From contig NC_043008.1 in the NCBI RefSeq assembly GCF_006345805.1, positions 21,886,001 to 21,950,000 on the forward strand: 64,000 nucleotides of DNA. The letters run 5' to 3'. Every line of letters begins with the position of its first letter. The first letter of the stretch is position 1. Shown here one piece after another: positions 48,960 through 62,619 of the stretch. Origin of the DNA: Octopus sinensis (lineage: Eukaryota). A program made the translations under genes and the position numbers. The notes beneath the pieces are model-generated. The model was given only the letters and a program-made list of their open reading frames with translations, was not told the origin of the DNA and did no database searches.

Positions 48960-48986
48960 TGTATGTATGTGTGTGTGTGTGTGTGT

Positions 48987-49034
<48 letters not shown>

Positions 49035-49264
49035 GTATATATACATATAGGGAGAGTTCACGAAAAAAACAAAAGACGAAGACAGGTGGTGTACAAAACA
49101 AACAGATGTATTAGTATTACGCTCAGGAATAGAAAAAGTCTTTTACATTTCGAGCCTGCGCTCTTCTACAGAAAGGGACACAGAACTGCCCCCCCCCCCC
49201 ACACACATACATACATTATATATATATGCACATATACATATACATATATATATATATAATATAT

Positions 49265-49295
<31 letters not shown>

Positions 49296-49326
49296 GTATG
49301 TATATATATATATATACACACATATA

Positions 49327-49361
<35 letters not shown>

Positions 49362-50109
49362 CATATATATAATGTATTTATGTGTGTGTGGGGGGGGTGT
49401 AATTCATTTCTAGAGTTTGTCCCTGCTGTCTAATTGTGGTATATTCCAGTCTAAAATTATGAAACTCTGTATGGAGTCCAGAACTGTAAGGCTGTCAATT
49501 TGTAAATAACTGTAATAATGTTCTTACCGTTTAGGGAATATTGCTTAAGTTTTCTGGGATTTATTTTTCAATTTATTTATAATTACTACCCTTGATACAC
49601 ATTATTATAGGCAAAAATCATCAGAGCATTAAATAAAATGCTTTCTGTGATAGAATAGAAAGCATTTCATTCTAGCTCTTTATGATACGTTTTCAACTGT
49701 TATGCGTTTAATACCCATAACAATGGATATCAAAAACATAATTGAAATGTTTAACATAAAATACAAATTCAATTATTTCACTTTAAACTCATTTACTGTG
49801 GAATGTAACCGAAGACATAACCAGAATAATAAATGAAACAATGTTATGAAGATGTATGGATCCTGACATCAAAATATGAATAAAAGCTTTCATAGAAGTG
49901 TGAATTGGCCGAATCATTAGAACACTAAATAAATTGCCTTGCAGTATTTAATTATGGTACTTGAGTATTTGAGTTCAAATCTCATTGGGGCCAACTTTGT
50001 TTTTTGTCCTTTTACAACTGAGAAAATAATACATAAGCTGATCAGGTCCTGGGGTGGATATAACTGACTGCTTCCACTCTTCTTTAACTTTTTGTTGCCA
50101 TATGCCTAT

Positions 50110-50514
50110 ACTCTCTTTTACTCTTTTACTTGTTTCAGTCATTTGACTGCGGCCATGCTGGAGCACCACCTTTAGTCAAGCAAATCGACCCCGGGACTTA
50201 TTCTGTGTAAGCCCAGTACTTATTCTGCTGAACCGCTAAGTGACGGGGATGTAAACACACCAGCATCGGTTGTCAAGCAATGCTAGGGGGACAAATACAG
50301 ACACACAAACACACACATACATACATATATATATATATATACATATTTACGACAGGCTTCTTTCAGTTTCTGTCTACCAAATCCACTCACAAGGCATTGG
50401 TCGGCCCGGGGCTATAGCAGAAGACACTTGCCCAAGATGCCACGCAGTGGGACTGAACCCGGAACCATGTGGTTGGTAAACAAGCTACTTACCACACAGC
50501 CACTCCTGCGCCTA
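50110..50514 (-). mobile_element. SINE family A, young
   Basis: CpGs retained; full head. Confidence 0.92.
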
Positions 50515-50682
50515 TGTTAAAAATTATTTAGTTTAGTGCAGGACATTGGCAAAATTGTCAGAGCATCGGGTAAAATGCCTTTCAATACTTCTGGTTCATT
50601 ATATTCTGGGTTCAAATCCCACTGAACTTAACTTTGCCTTTCATTTTACATGGTAAATAAAATAAAGTACCAACAAAGTATA

Positions 50683-51075
50683 TAGGGGCAGGAGTGGCTG
50701 TGTGGTCAGTAGCTTGCTTACCAACCACATGGTTCCAGGTTCAGTCCCACTGCTTAGCACCTTAGGAAAGTGTCTTCTACTATAGCCTTGGGTCGACCAA
50801 AGCCTTGTGAGTGGATTTGGTAGATGGAAACAGAAAGAAGCCTGTCGTATATATGTGTGTGTGTGTGTTTGTGTGTCTGTGTTTGTCCTCCCACTATCGC
50901 TTGACAACCGATATTGGTGTGTTCATGTCCCAGTAACTTAGCGGTTAGGCAAAGAGTGCCCAATAGAATAAATACCAGGCTTACAAAGAATACGTCCTGG
51001 GTTTGATTTGTTCGACTAAAGGTGGTGCTCCAGCATGGCTGCAGTCAAATGACTGAAACAAATAAAAGAAATAAA
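50683..51075 (+). mobile_element. SINE family A
   Basis: Full length. Confidence 0.92.
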
Positions 51076-51207
51076 GAATAAAAGAAAGGTCATTGATATC
51101 AAATTAAAAATTGCTGACCCTGACCTACAAATTGCTGACCTTGAGCCTAAATCAGAAACAATTATTATTAATGTGCTTTTTCCATGAGTGACTTTTTCCA
51201 CGAATGG

Positions 51208-51520
51208 AGGCACTAACCTAGTGGTTAGAGCAGCAGACTCATGGTCGTGGGGTCATGGGTTCAAATCTCAGACCAGGCGATGTGTGTGTTTATGAGTGAA
51301 ACACCTAAGCTCCGTGCAGCTCTGGCAGAAGGTAAGAGCGAACTTCTGCTGACTCTTTCGCTGCAACCTTCTCTCACTTTTTCCTCCTGCATCTAGCAGC
51401 TCACCTGTAATGGTCCAGCATCCCATCTGTGTGAGGAACCTATACACCACTGAAACTGGAAATCCGGCCCTTATGAGCCAGGCATGGCTCGGGAAGGAAC
51501 AAGCAGCAACAACAACACAC
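51208..51520 (+). mobile_element. SINE family D
   Basis: Similar to 38483-38789 throughout; (CAA)n tail. Confidence 0.88.
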
Positions 51521-51534
51521 AAGTGACTTGTGTT

Positions 51535-51720
51535 TAGTGATTAGTGTTTGGCTCATGATCATAAGATTGTGGTCTCAATTCCTGGACCAGGCGATGTGTT
51601 ATATTCTTTAGCAAATGTTTCACTTCACACAGCTTCAGTCCCCTCTGCTGGCAAAAATGAGTAATCCTGCAATGGACTGGCATCCCATCCAGGGGAAGAA
51701 TATATACACCATAGAACCCA
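51535..51720 (+). mobile_element. CORE-like SINE, decayed
   Basis: CTTTAGCAAATGTTTCACTTCACACAGCTTCAGTCCCCTCTGCTGGCAAAAATGAGT. Confidence 0.55.
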
Positions 51721-52099
51721 GGAAACCTTCGATCCTTGATCCCTTTTTTTTCATGCGATATACAGAGCAGCTCAAAAGACACAGGTGTAAGCAGCATCAA
51801 GCCTAATGTTTGGTGAGTGCCCCAACAGTGGACCCATACAACAGCACTGATTCTTCTGAAATATTACACCTGTATATATACTCCCTTTTGACATGGCACT
51901 ATACAATAATAAAACAATATGATTAAATTAATTGTCTCTTTACAGTCTCCAAATATTGTTCTGTTAATAGTTTTAGGTCAGAAGAATTTTAGTTTTGTGC
52001 AATTATTGAAATCCATGGGGTGTAAGTTTTGAGTCCTGCACTTTGAAACCGTTTTTGTTTTTTTTAATCACAGCACCAGCACTGGAGAGGTTAACTTGT

Positions 52100-52320
52100 A
52101 TACTCTTTTACTCTTTTACTCTTTTACTTGTTTCAGTAATTTGACTGTGGCCATGCTGGAGCACCACCTTTAGTCGAGCAAATCAACCCCAGGACTTATT
52201 CTTTGTAAGCCTAGTGCTTATTCTATCGGTCTCTTTTTGCTAAACTGCTAAGTTATGGGGATGTAAACACGCCACCATCGGTTGTCAAGCGATGCTGGGG
52301 AGGGGCAAACACAGACACAC
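52100..52320 (-). mobile_element. SINE family A 3' half
   Basis: Tail motif plus (CA)n. Confidence 0.88.
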
Positions 52321-52337
52321 ACACACACACACACACA

Positions 52338-52630
52338 AAGGCCCAGTGGTTAGGGCAGCGGATTCACAGTTGTAGGATCGTAGTTTCGATTCCCAGACCA
52401 GGTGTTGTGAGTGTTTTTTGAGCGAAAACATCTAAAGCTCCACGAGGCTCCAGCAGGGGGTAGTGGTGGTCCCAGCTGTACTCTTTCATCACAACTTTCT
52501 CTCACATTTTCTTCTGTTAGCCTGCTTGCTTAGCCAGCAGGAAGGCATCATTTGAAGGCTAAAACAATGTAAAGCACATTGTGAGTAGCGGTGTGTAGCA
52601 GCATCTGATAGCCTAGTCACTCATGGTGAT
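52338..52630 (+). mobile_element. SINE family D variant
   Basis: GGCCCAGTGGTTAGGGCAGCGG...GTTTCGATTCCCAGACC. Confidence 0.8.
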
Positions 52631-53176
52631 ATATATATTTATATATATATATACATATAAATGAGTGTTATATGATGTGGATTAAGAGAATCATGTGGCT
52701 CACTCAGTATGGACTCATCTATCAATTCACTGAATAATAAATTACAAAAAAGTGTAATGTAGAGGGTCCATAAATTATTGCTGTAACTATTATGCTCTGG
52801 AGATTTGATGAGCTAGCTTCCCTTATTTACAATACTGACAAAGATGATGATGATATGATGATGATGATGACAATGACGATGATGATGATGACAATAATGT
52901 TATTGTCAATCTTGTTAATTTAGGTTTTAGGTTCCAGTCGTTAGTTTGTTGCATCAATAAATGACAATTTGGTATTTTTACTAAATCCCTGCCAATTTTT
53001 TCATTGTTTTTAAAATTAAATGAAACATGTAGAGTGTGTAAGAAAAATGGTTACAGAAGCATTAAGATGATTAAATGAATAACAATAAAACTGACAACAT
53101 TAATTACCACTAGACTTGATGGGAAACATACTATAATTGGTTGGGGGGGTTTACATATATATATTATATACACAAC

Positions 53177-53213
<37 letters not shown>

Positions 53214-53285
53214 TATGCACACATTCATACATATATACATAGATGCATACATACACACACAGATATTTATTCATATATACATACA

Positions 53286-53325
<40 letters not shown>

Positions 53326-53329
53326 CATG

Positions 53330-53620
53330 AAGGCGCATGGCTCAGTGGTTAGAGGGTTGAGCTTACAATCGTGGGGTTGTGAGTTTGAATCCCGAACTGG
53401 GCTGTGTTGTGTTCTTGTGTAAGACACTTTATTTCACGTTGCTCCAGTTCATTCAGCTGTAGACATGAGTTGCGACCGCACAGGTACCAAGCTGTATTGG
53501 CCGTTGTCTTTCCCTTGGATAACACTGGTGCCATGGAGAAGAGAGGCCGGTATGCATGGGTGACTTGTGCCTGGGAGGGTAACTTTCTAGGTGCAATTCC
53601 ATGGTCAGTCATGACAGAAG
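53330..53620 (+). mobile_element. tRNA-derived CORE-type SINE (OR2-like)
   Basis: GGCGCATGGCTCAGTGGTTAG A box, GAGTTTGAATCCC B box, GTGTTCTTGTGTAAGACACTTTATTTCACGTTGCTCCAG CORE-like segment. Confidence 0.7.
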
Positions 53621-54604
53621 GAGGTCTCAGCACATACATACATACATATATACACACACACATTTATACATATATGCATAAATACACGCACACACACATA
53701 TATATATACATTCATTCACACACACACACATATATATATATTTATATACAAACATATATATATATAAATACATTGTATATATATATATATATGCATACAT
53801 TTTTTTTATCTTTCTTTTTGTAGGGTGGGCATCTGTCAGTTGTGCTAAACATGTCCAAATATAGAAGGACTGGCAATTTTTGGTTCACTTTTTCTAGAAC
53901 CTCCTTATCCTCTGGGGTAGCAGTGCCTTTTCCAAATGGAGCTGCTCAGACACCCATGTAGCAACTGAATCCTATTGCTGTCTAAGGTGACAAGGAGATG
54001 ACTTTATATCTAGCATGGGCCGCCTACCTGCAGATCACTGACAACATGCTTCCAACCTATCAGATCTGCATGCTTTGCCACCTTCCCATTTCTGCAGGGC
54101 TTCCGAATAAAAATGAAATAAGTATATACTAAAAATAAATAATTGTATACTAAAAATAAAGATATGTACATACGGAAAATAAAATAAATATATATAGGGA
54201 AAAACAAAAAAGCAGGACATATCGAGCAGAGGTCAGCAATGCCTGTGCAGAGTTTTAGGTCCAATAAGGCTTGCATGATACCTCACAGACCTTCTCCACT
54301 TTATTGACATTATCCAGAGACAAGCCAGAGCGAAATGTTTGGTGCCAATATGACTCGCAGGCTCAGGGATGTGAGAGCACCATGATCTTTAGCACAAACC
54401 AAAGGTCCCCAAAATGTCCAATGCCATTCCCTACATATCTGGTTTTATATAAGAGTGACCTTCTCCTAGAGACATGCTTCAACAGAAGCTGAGGGATGCC
54501 TCACTCCCAGTGGTCTAATATATTCCAGACACCATCCCAGAATTTTTGCATACCCGTGCTATAGCTAGATAGCCTTTGAGCCTGCACTAGGTTCATCTGA
54601 CTTA

Positions 54605-54647
54605 TGCATACATACATACATAGATACATACATAATACATACATACA

Positions 54648-54681
<34 letters not shown>

Positions 54682-54734
54682 CATACATACATACATACAT
54701 ATATACATACATAATACATACATACATACATACA

Positions 54735-54796
<62 letters not shown>

Positions 54797-54810
54797 CATA
54801 TATATATAAA
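54605..54810. repeat. (CATA)n array
   Basis: Direct reading. Confidence 0.95.
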
Positions 54811-54811
54811 G

Positions 54812-55222
54812 ATAGATAGATATGTTTAAGAGACAGAATCACCCTCAAGCAACTCAATTATCATTGAATGACATTTTCCACAATATGTACATATACGACT
54901 AAATATTAAAATTATCAAAATTAATACCTTCAATTCTTAGTCCAAATTATCAAATTAAATTTTAATATGGTATTGTATTTAGACATCTTCTATTTCAGCA
55001 ATATTGGGTAATATGTTGTCATGAAATGCATGTAGTTTATATAATGTAAAGTATATGATTTGAAATAAGAATTGAGCGTATTAATTTTGATAATTTGGAA
55101 TAAGAATTGAAAGTATTAGTTTTGACAATTTTAATATTTAAAATATGTACCTAGCGTAGATAATGTCGTTCAATGATGATTGAGTTGCTTGAGGGCAATT
55201 CTGTCTCTTAAACCTATCTATA
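54812..55222. mobile_element. MITE/foldback element with ~130-bp imperfect TIRs
   Basis: GTTTAAGAGACAGAAT..CCCTCAAGCAACTCAAT.ATCATTGAA on the left; its reverse complement ends at ~55213; TA-repeat flanks. Confidence 0.75.
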
Positions 55223-55332
55223 TATATGTATATAATACAGTGAGTAATTTATTTTAGTATCACTAAATTGAACTTCTCTCCCCCGTGGACTCTGAAATAA
55301 CTTCCCTAATATTAATATTAAACATATATATA

Positions 55333-55376
<44 letters not shown>

Positions 55377-56291
55377 CAGTTGAATAAAGTTAAAATATGG
55401 TCTGGTTTTTCACGTTTTTTTAGTACTGTATTTTAAAAAATTACTTTTACAATGTTGAAGTGTGTTAAACATAAAAAAAATATTTTGTAATGTTCATAAA
55501 GTTCAATTAGCCCTCTCATAAATTTGTAATAGTCATCAGATTTCAAAATGTATTTTACTGCCTGTGGAGTTCTTTACAACTGTAGTAAAATGACTGACTT
55601 CTTCCTTTTTATACCTTTTAGAAGGCTCTAACAAACTGAATTTTTCAAATACAGTTTTGACCAAGCTGCATACAGCTAAAAGTCACAGATTTCTGGGCAT
55701 ACCAATATTACTGGCATAGATTTCGCCTTTATTTTAACTAATAGCTTGTGGTTTATAAGTAATGGTTTTATGAGTGAGCAAACTTAGTTGGTTTCAATCG
55801 TTTTTATTTCAATTGGTCGAAGTCTTCTGAAATTTGTTTATATTCACATGTTAGAGATATTTTTTAATCCACATCATTAACTGGTTGTTATATTATTGTT
55901 GTTATTTGTGTTCAGAACAGGTTTGAACATCCTAATAAAACATTTCTCTTTTATCTTTCTTCCAACCTCACTCATGTCATGTAGTTTGCGGAAAGGAAAA
56001 GTTAGAAAATTTTCTGGTCACGTTTCTATATGTTCACTCAATGAAATTTAGTAAGCCTTAGTGTTCCGGATTTAATAAGTCAGACACTAGGCTTACAAAG
56101 AATAGGCCCTGGGGTCGATTTCTTCAACTAAAAGGTGGTGCTTCAGTATGGCTACCGTCAAATGACTGAAACAAGTAAAAGAATAAAAGAATATATATAC
56201 ATATATATGCATAGATACGTGTGTGTGTGTGTTTAGACTGTCCACGTTGTTACATTACAAGTACACATGACCCACAAGATATCACTTCTCC

Positions 56292-56405
56292 ATGGAATTG
56301 TTTATCTCTCTGAATTATAAAGAATTGTGTTCTATAATACTAGATATCTCTTCAAAGATAGCATCACATCATCTCAGACAAGGCAATATTGGCATTTCCC
56401 TAGTG
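56292..56405 (+). CDS. Candidate exon (MELFISLNYKELCSIILDISSKIASHHLRQGNIGISLV), unidentified
   Basis: 38 open codons ending at GTG|GTAAGA; all three opposite-strand frames closed. Confidence 0.22.
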
Positions 56406-57614
56406 GTAAGAATTTCTAAATTGTAAGATGGTGCATTGGAAGCACCATTACAACTTTGTGGTTATTTATTCCAGATCTCTGTACTTTGAGTTCAAATCCT
56501 GCCAAAATCAACTTTGCCTTTCAGCCTTCTGGGACCAGCAATACAGAGAACCACTCAAATACTGAAATCAAAATAATTCAGAAAGCTCTTCTCTAAGATT
56601 TCTGACTTTGTTTCTTTCTTAGAAACCATTATTAAAGTCAATAATGTTTTTCTTTTCTTTTTTTTTTTTTTTTTTTTTTGCATATTAGGAACAACAAACA
56701 TATCAAAACCATTTTCCTTGCTAAAGCAGAGATTATGCCTTACTGACCCCTTGGCAATCTTAATATACTCATGGTTCCCTTTTAAAATCAGTATTTTACA
56801 GGTAGATACCCTTCCTGTAGCCTCTCATGATACATTGACATAGTGTGCCAATAGTAAAACTTTATTATTTGAAGCATAATATATCTGAAATAAATAAACA
56901 CAGTAAATTATTGGCAATATTAAGGAAATAATGAATGTGTCCAAATTACACATTTATGGGAAAATAGTGTTAATTTTTATTGACTTATGATTTCAAAGTT
57001 ATAACTACACGAACCAGAACAACAGATTGGAATAACTACATTATAATACATTATACATACATTGCCCAAAAATATGTGGTATGCTATACAAGTTTGTCCA
57101 AATATTGTACTATCAAAAGCATGCAACTTATAGTCACTCACATTTAAATCTTGTGTTTGTTAAATGGTATTTATCTCTCACTGGATGGAGAACTTTTAGT
57201 TGATGCCACAAATGACAGGACAGTACCCTATATGCACATTAAATTACTGGGAATTGCTACTTAGTGGGAGAGAATCACTTCTGGGTTTATTTTTCTAATG
57301 TTGAGAAATCATTATCAAAGAGTGAAAAGTACATAAATATATTTCTATATAATATTTTTATTGTTTTCATGAGATAAAAACGAAAGTCATTAAAGCCTCT
57401 GGTAGCAGTAGAAGAAATGGTAGTTCGTTTCCTTCTTCTTTCTGGACTCTTCAGCACAGCATAACTTGATAATTTAAAATTAGTTAGCCTAAACGCATTT
57501 AAAAATTAAAAAAAAATCTATTCCTTTTTTACTTGTTCTAACTGTAGAAGAGAGATAAAGATAGAGATAGAGGGAAGAAAACCTCATGTTTTTGAAATAT
57601 TTTGTATGTTTTTA

Positions 57615-57960
57615 TCATCATCATCATCGTTGTCATCATTTAACGTCCACTTTCTATGCTGACATGGGTTGGACAGTTTGACTGAGGACTAGCAAGTTGG
57701 GAGGCTGCACCAAGCTTCAATCGGATTTGGCGAGGTTTCTACAACTGGATGCACTTCCTAACACCAACCACTCTGAGAATGTAATGGGTGCTTTTTACAT
57801 GCCACCAGCACAGGTTTCACTCAGGCAACATTGGCATCAACCATGCTCGAATGGTGCTGTTTACATAACACCAGCATGGGTACCAGTCAGGTGGCATGGG
57901 ATAGGCCATACATGAATGGTGCTTTCATATATATATGTATATGCTTTCGGTGTGAATGGT
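57615..57960 (-). mobile_element. SINE family C
   Basis: CATCATTTAACGTCCACTTTCTATGCTGACATGGGTTGG...CTGGATGCACTTCCTAACACCAACC. Confidence 0.85.
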
Positions 57961-58244
57961 TTTCTTATATGGCATCATTTTTACAATCCTGTAAATAATA
58001 ATAATAGTATTTTTATATAACCTTAAAGCTTACGCTGATCACCATGCAATGACTAAGGAAAATAGTCTAATAAAGGGATATATAAGCCCTCAACAGAAAA
58101 AAAAGGCTTTTCTCCGACATGGATAGGAAAGCTTTCTTTTCTTTGTTGGGGGCTTTTACGACCCTTTATTAGACTATTTTCCTTAATCATTGCTTTAAGC
58201 TTATATAACAATACCATTATTAATATATACATATACACACACAC

Positions 58245-58323
<79 letters not shown>

Positions 58324-58814
58324 AATAAAAAGGTAAAAATTAATTTAGAATTATTTCCAAATATAAAAAAAAAAATAAAAGAAGTCAGATAACAAAAAAC
58401 ACACTACAAAAAACTGTAACAAATACATGTTCAAAAAGAAAAAAAAAGTAAGAAATGCCTGTCTAAAACTCAAAATGAAATAAGAATGTTACAGATTTTT
58501 GTTATAAATTTATTAAGCAATTGTTCCACCTTGACTTTGTCAGTTTCCACAGCTAAACACAAAATATCAGTGATAAGCATTAACAAAAAAATAGATCTTG
58601 CTTTCTTTATTTTCATTTCTTTGGCTTCCATTAGTTAATAACATTGCTAAATGGCAAATTCTTCAAATATTTCTTGAGTTTTGCTTTTGGTTTTTTGGTT
58701 TTCTAAAACTCTTTTACACATTACATAATAATTATAATGGAGTTTCAAAGTTGCAAATTACTAAGCGTTTCACTGCAGAGGTGCAGCAGTTGAATTGTGA
58801 CTTTTGACATTATT

Positions 58815-59190
58815 GTATATCTTGGAATTAACAGATGTGGCCGAGTAGTTAAGAAGCTTGTTTTAAAATCACATGGTTTCAGCTTCAGTCCCACTGTGTG
58901 GCTGGCACTGTGGGGTGGCATCTTGGGCAAGTGTCTACTACAACAGTCTCAAGCTAAGCACCATCCGTCCGTGGTCGTTTGCCAGTCTCATCTGGCACCT
59001 GTGCTGGTGGCACGTAAAAAGCACCCACTACACTCTTGGAGTGGTTGGAGTTAGGAAGGGCATCCAGCCGTAGAAACATTTTGCCAGATCAGACTGGGCC
59101 TGGTGCAGCCTTCTGGTTTCCCAGACCCCAGTTGAACCGTTCAACCCATGCTAGCATGGAAAGCGGACGCTAAATGATGATGATGATGAT
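58815..59190 (+). mobile_element. SINE family C with an A-type tRNA head
   Basis: GTGGCCGAGTAGTTAAGAAGCTTG...CTTGGGCAAGTGTC head, then family C body and (GAT)n tail. Confidence 0.85.
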
Positions 59191-59729
59191 ATATATATAT
59201 AGGCAATATATATGTATATGAATTTTTTGCATAATAAGATAAAAAACCAAGGCTGTGGAGATATTAGAGCATTTATAAAAAGAATGTCTTACAACTGTTT
59301 CTAAGATATTTATTAATTATATCCCTTCATCGGAGACGGTGTGAGAGGATAGTTAAGTCATAGTTAGTTTAGATGTGATACAAAATAGAGAGTGAGGTGG
59401 AGGAAAGAAAATAGATGCAAGATATGTATGGGCATTGAAGTTGTAAATCCATTTTATAGGCATAATGGTATATATGCAATATTCCAATATCCTATGAGTA
59501 AAGTCCAAAAGTCCAACAGAGTTTAATATGATTCCTTCCAAATATAGAGTTTATAAGTAATGTAAGATTCCCTTATGAGTGAGATCCAGCAGATTTTTAA
59601 ACTTGGTCATTCTCAGTAGAGAATTTATATACAATTATATACAAATCTGAAACTTAACTATGGTCTGTCTATAGCACTTATCCAGCATTACCTGACACCT
59701 TTGGGTCCCAATGTGTGTATATATGTATG

Positions 59730-60175
59730 TAGGTGCAGGCATAGCTGTGTGGTAAGAAGCTTGCTTCATAACCACATGGTTCTGGGTTCAGCCCCACTGT
59801 GTGGCATCTTGGGCAAGTGTCTTCTACTAGAGCCTCGAGTAGACCAAAGCCTTGTGAATGGATTTGGTAGATGGAAACTGTTGTGTGTGTATATATATAT
59901 ATATATATGTGTGTGTATGTGTGTGCATGTGTGTGTGTGTGTGTGTGAGTGTGTGTATATTTGTGTGTCTGTGTTTGTCCCCCCCACAAACACACATACC
60001 ATCGCTTGACAACTGATGCTGGTGTGTTTACATCCCTGTAACTTAGCGGTTGAGCAAAAGATACTGATAGGATGAGTACTGAGCTTAAAAAGAATAAGTC
60101 ATGGGGTAATTTTGTTCAACTAAAGGTGGTGCTACAGAATGGCTGCAGTCAAATGACTAAAACAAGTAAAAGAAT
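59730..60175 (+). mobile_element. SINE family A
   Basis: Full length. Confidence 0.92.
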
Positions 60176-61373
60176 ATATACACATATATAGATGGATATA
60201 TAATTCAATGGGATTTTGTTGTGCCAGGGTTTGCAGGATGTGCTTGCCAAGCTCTACAGATCTTCCAGAATGCTGCTCATCTTCTAGGCTGTAGTTTCCG
60301 GTTCGGAATTTCTAGAACTACTGTTGACACTGGCCTATGCTTATTGTCCAATCCCCATATACTGAACTAATATTCTTCACACTTTCTGTTGTGTGGTTGC
60401 CTTTATTGAATTCATAAAACAAAATAAGCTGGATATGTTCGTGTGTCACTTTCATTAAAGCTTTAGAAAAATAACTGTTAAAATCGAACTGCACTCTTCA
60501 AAACTTGCACTATGAATAAGGACAAGGTAAAATTACTACCAGCTTTTAAAGCAAGTTGATGCAGGTAGTTTATCCTGTCCCCCACTGACTTTTAGTTCAT
60601 GCAATTGAAAAAACTGCATTATTCATGGGATGACCCAATTGAAACAGATAGCAAGCAACTTCAGTGTTTGCAGAAAAGATTGTGAAATTTTGTGTATTTT
60701 TCTAAGATAAAATTTTTAAAAGGAAGTATCTTAGCAAACTGAATTATGCTTCTATATCTACCAGCTGTATCCTGTCACAACTTGTGAACTCTGCCTGTAG
60801 TCAAAGCACATAGCTGTTCTAAATGGCTCACTCCACTTAGCTGTAAAAAGATACCACGTACTAGTTTCACCGATCATGGAAAAAAAGTAAGGGTACTATA
60901 AAACTGAGGTGTGTTTCATGGTCTTGAAGTGGGAAAGCCGAGTTCAATACTTCCTGGGGAAATAAAGCTTTGAGAAGGATGTTTCAATATGTTGACTTAC
61001 CCTAGATATACTGCAAGAACACAATGCCGTCAACCGTATATCTATTCTTCAATATGTTCTGGAACTAACTACCATTTTTTTAAAGAGAGGACAGGGAGAC
61101 AAGAAGGAAAGGTTGTTATAGGAAATAAAATGTTAAATATTGTATAATGCATCATTGGCAGTTAGAAATATTTTTATAGAGTGTCTGCAGAGAAATTAGT
61201 TTTCCACTTGATGCGAAGGATTCTATTATAATAATAACCTGATATTTCAAAATGAAGGAAAAAACATATCAAGAACATTTGATGAGATGCAAGGGATGAG
61301 ATAAATGCTATCAAGAATTCCCTCAAAGACTAAAGAACATCAAATCAAACTTGACTGCATGAAACCTTTTTGA

Positions 61374-61404
<31 letters not shown>

Positions 61405-61628
61405 CATTTTTTTTCCCCCCTCTTTTAACAAAATGTGAATGGTTTTAACATCGGTTGCTAAGAAAATTGTTCCCTCAAGAATGTAAAAAACTTGGAAGTA
61501 TTCTTCGCAAACTCAACATAAACTTGAATATATTAAGCTTGCGGTTATTTTCACTTTTAATATTAAACTACGTTGCTATGCAATTTACACAATTAAATTT
61601 TTGCAATCATCATGAAAAATTCTTTCAG

Positions 61629-61814
61629 CATGCTTTAATATCACTTACGCAGGAAGCAGGTGGGAATTCAAAAGCAGAACTAGATGCATATCTAAAATCC
61701 ATTCCTTCCATTTCATCAAGGTTTTCCATATACGTACCTACTCTAGAAGTCGTATGCATTCTTTATTACCTCTCCATTGCTTTTATTCCTACTGTCATAT
61801 GTTTTACATGCTGA
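61629..61814 (+). CDS. Candidate exon (HALISLTQEAGGNSKAELDAYLKSIPSISSRFSIY...), unidentified
   Basis: TTCTTTCAG acceptor; within track ORF 61455-61814; a competing - strand exon candidate overlaps it. Confidence 0.18.
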   Translation, partial: HALISLTQEAGGNSKAELDAYLKSIPSISSRFSIYVPTLEVVCILYYLSIAFIPTVICFTC

Positions 61815-62159
61815 AATTGCTGTGGTAGTTTTATATGAGGGAAAACACATCACTGATGATCACTTGGGCTTTTTGCAAACTTAATATTCTTCCTCTGGTT
61901 ACCATGTTCTACATTGTTATATTATTCTTTATCATTTCTGTATCGTTCACTTTACATTCTCTTAAACTCTACCTTGATCTTCATTTCTACTTGGCTCGGA
62001 TCCATTTCATCAGCTTCTACACTGTCTTCCAAAATTCTATGTTATCCTGTGCTTTGTTTCTTTGTTTGTGTCTACGTCTCCTACACCAATAACACACATT
62101 GTTGTTCTTATGAACAACCTGTTGTCCAAACCAAAGATCTAATGGTTCAGAACACCAAT

Positions 62160-62603
62160 AAACTCTTTTACTCTTTTACTTGTTTCAGTCATTTGACTGT
62201 GGCCATGCTGGAGCACCACCTTTTATTCAAACAAATCGACCCCAGGACTTATTATTTGTAAGCCTAGTATTTATTCTATCGGTCTCTTTTGCCGAATCGG
62301 TAAGTTACAGGGATGTAAATACACCAGCATCGGTTGTCAAGCGATATTGGGGGTGCCAAACACAGACACACACACAAACATGCATATATATATATATATA
62401 TATATATAAATATGATGATGATGATGATATATATATATATATACGATGGGCTTCTTTCAGTTTCCATCTACCAAATCCACTCACAAGGCTTTGGTCTGCT
62501 CGAGACTATAGCAGAAGACACTTGCCCAAGGTATCAAGCAGTGGAACTGAACTTGGAACCATGTGGTTGGTAAGCAAGCTACTTAACACACTGCCACTCC
62601 TGC
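62160..62603 (-). mobile_element. SINE family A
   Basis: Full length. Confidence 0.92.
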
Positions 62604-62619
62604 TAGAAACAGAAGTCAA

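Noticed and set aside
60928-61146. Apparent + strand open frame
   Set aside because: On re-reading there is an in-frame TAG at ~61003
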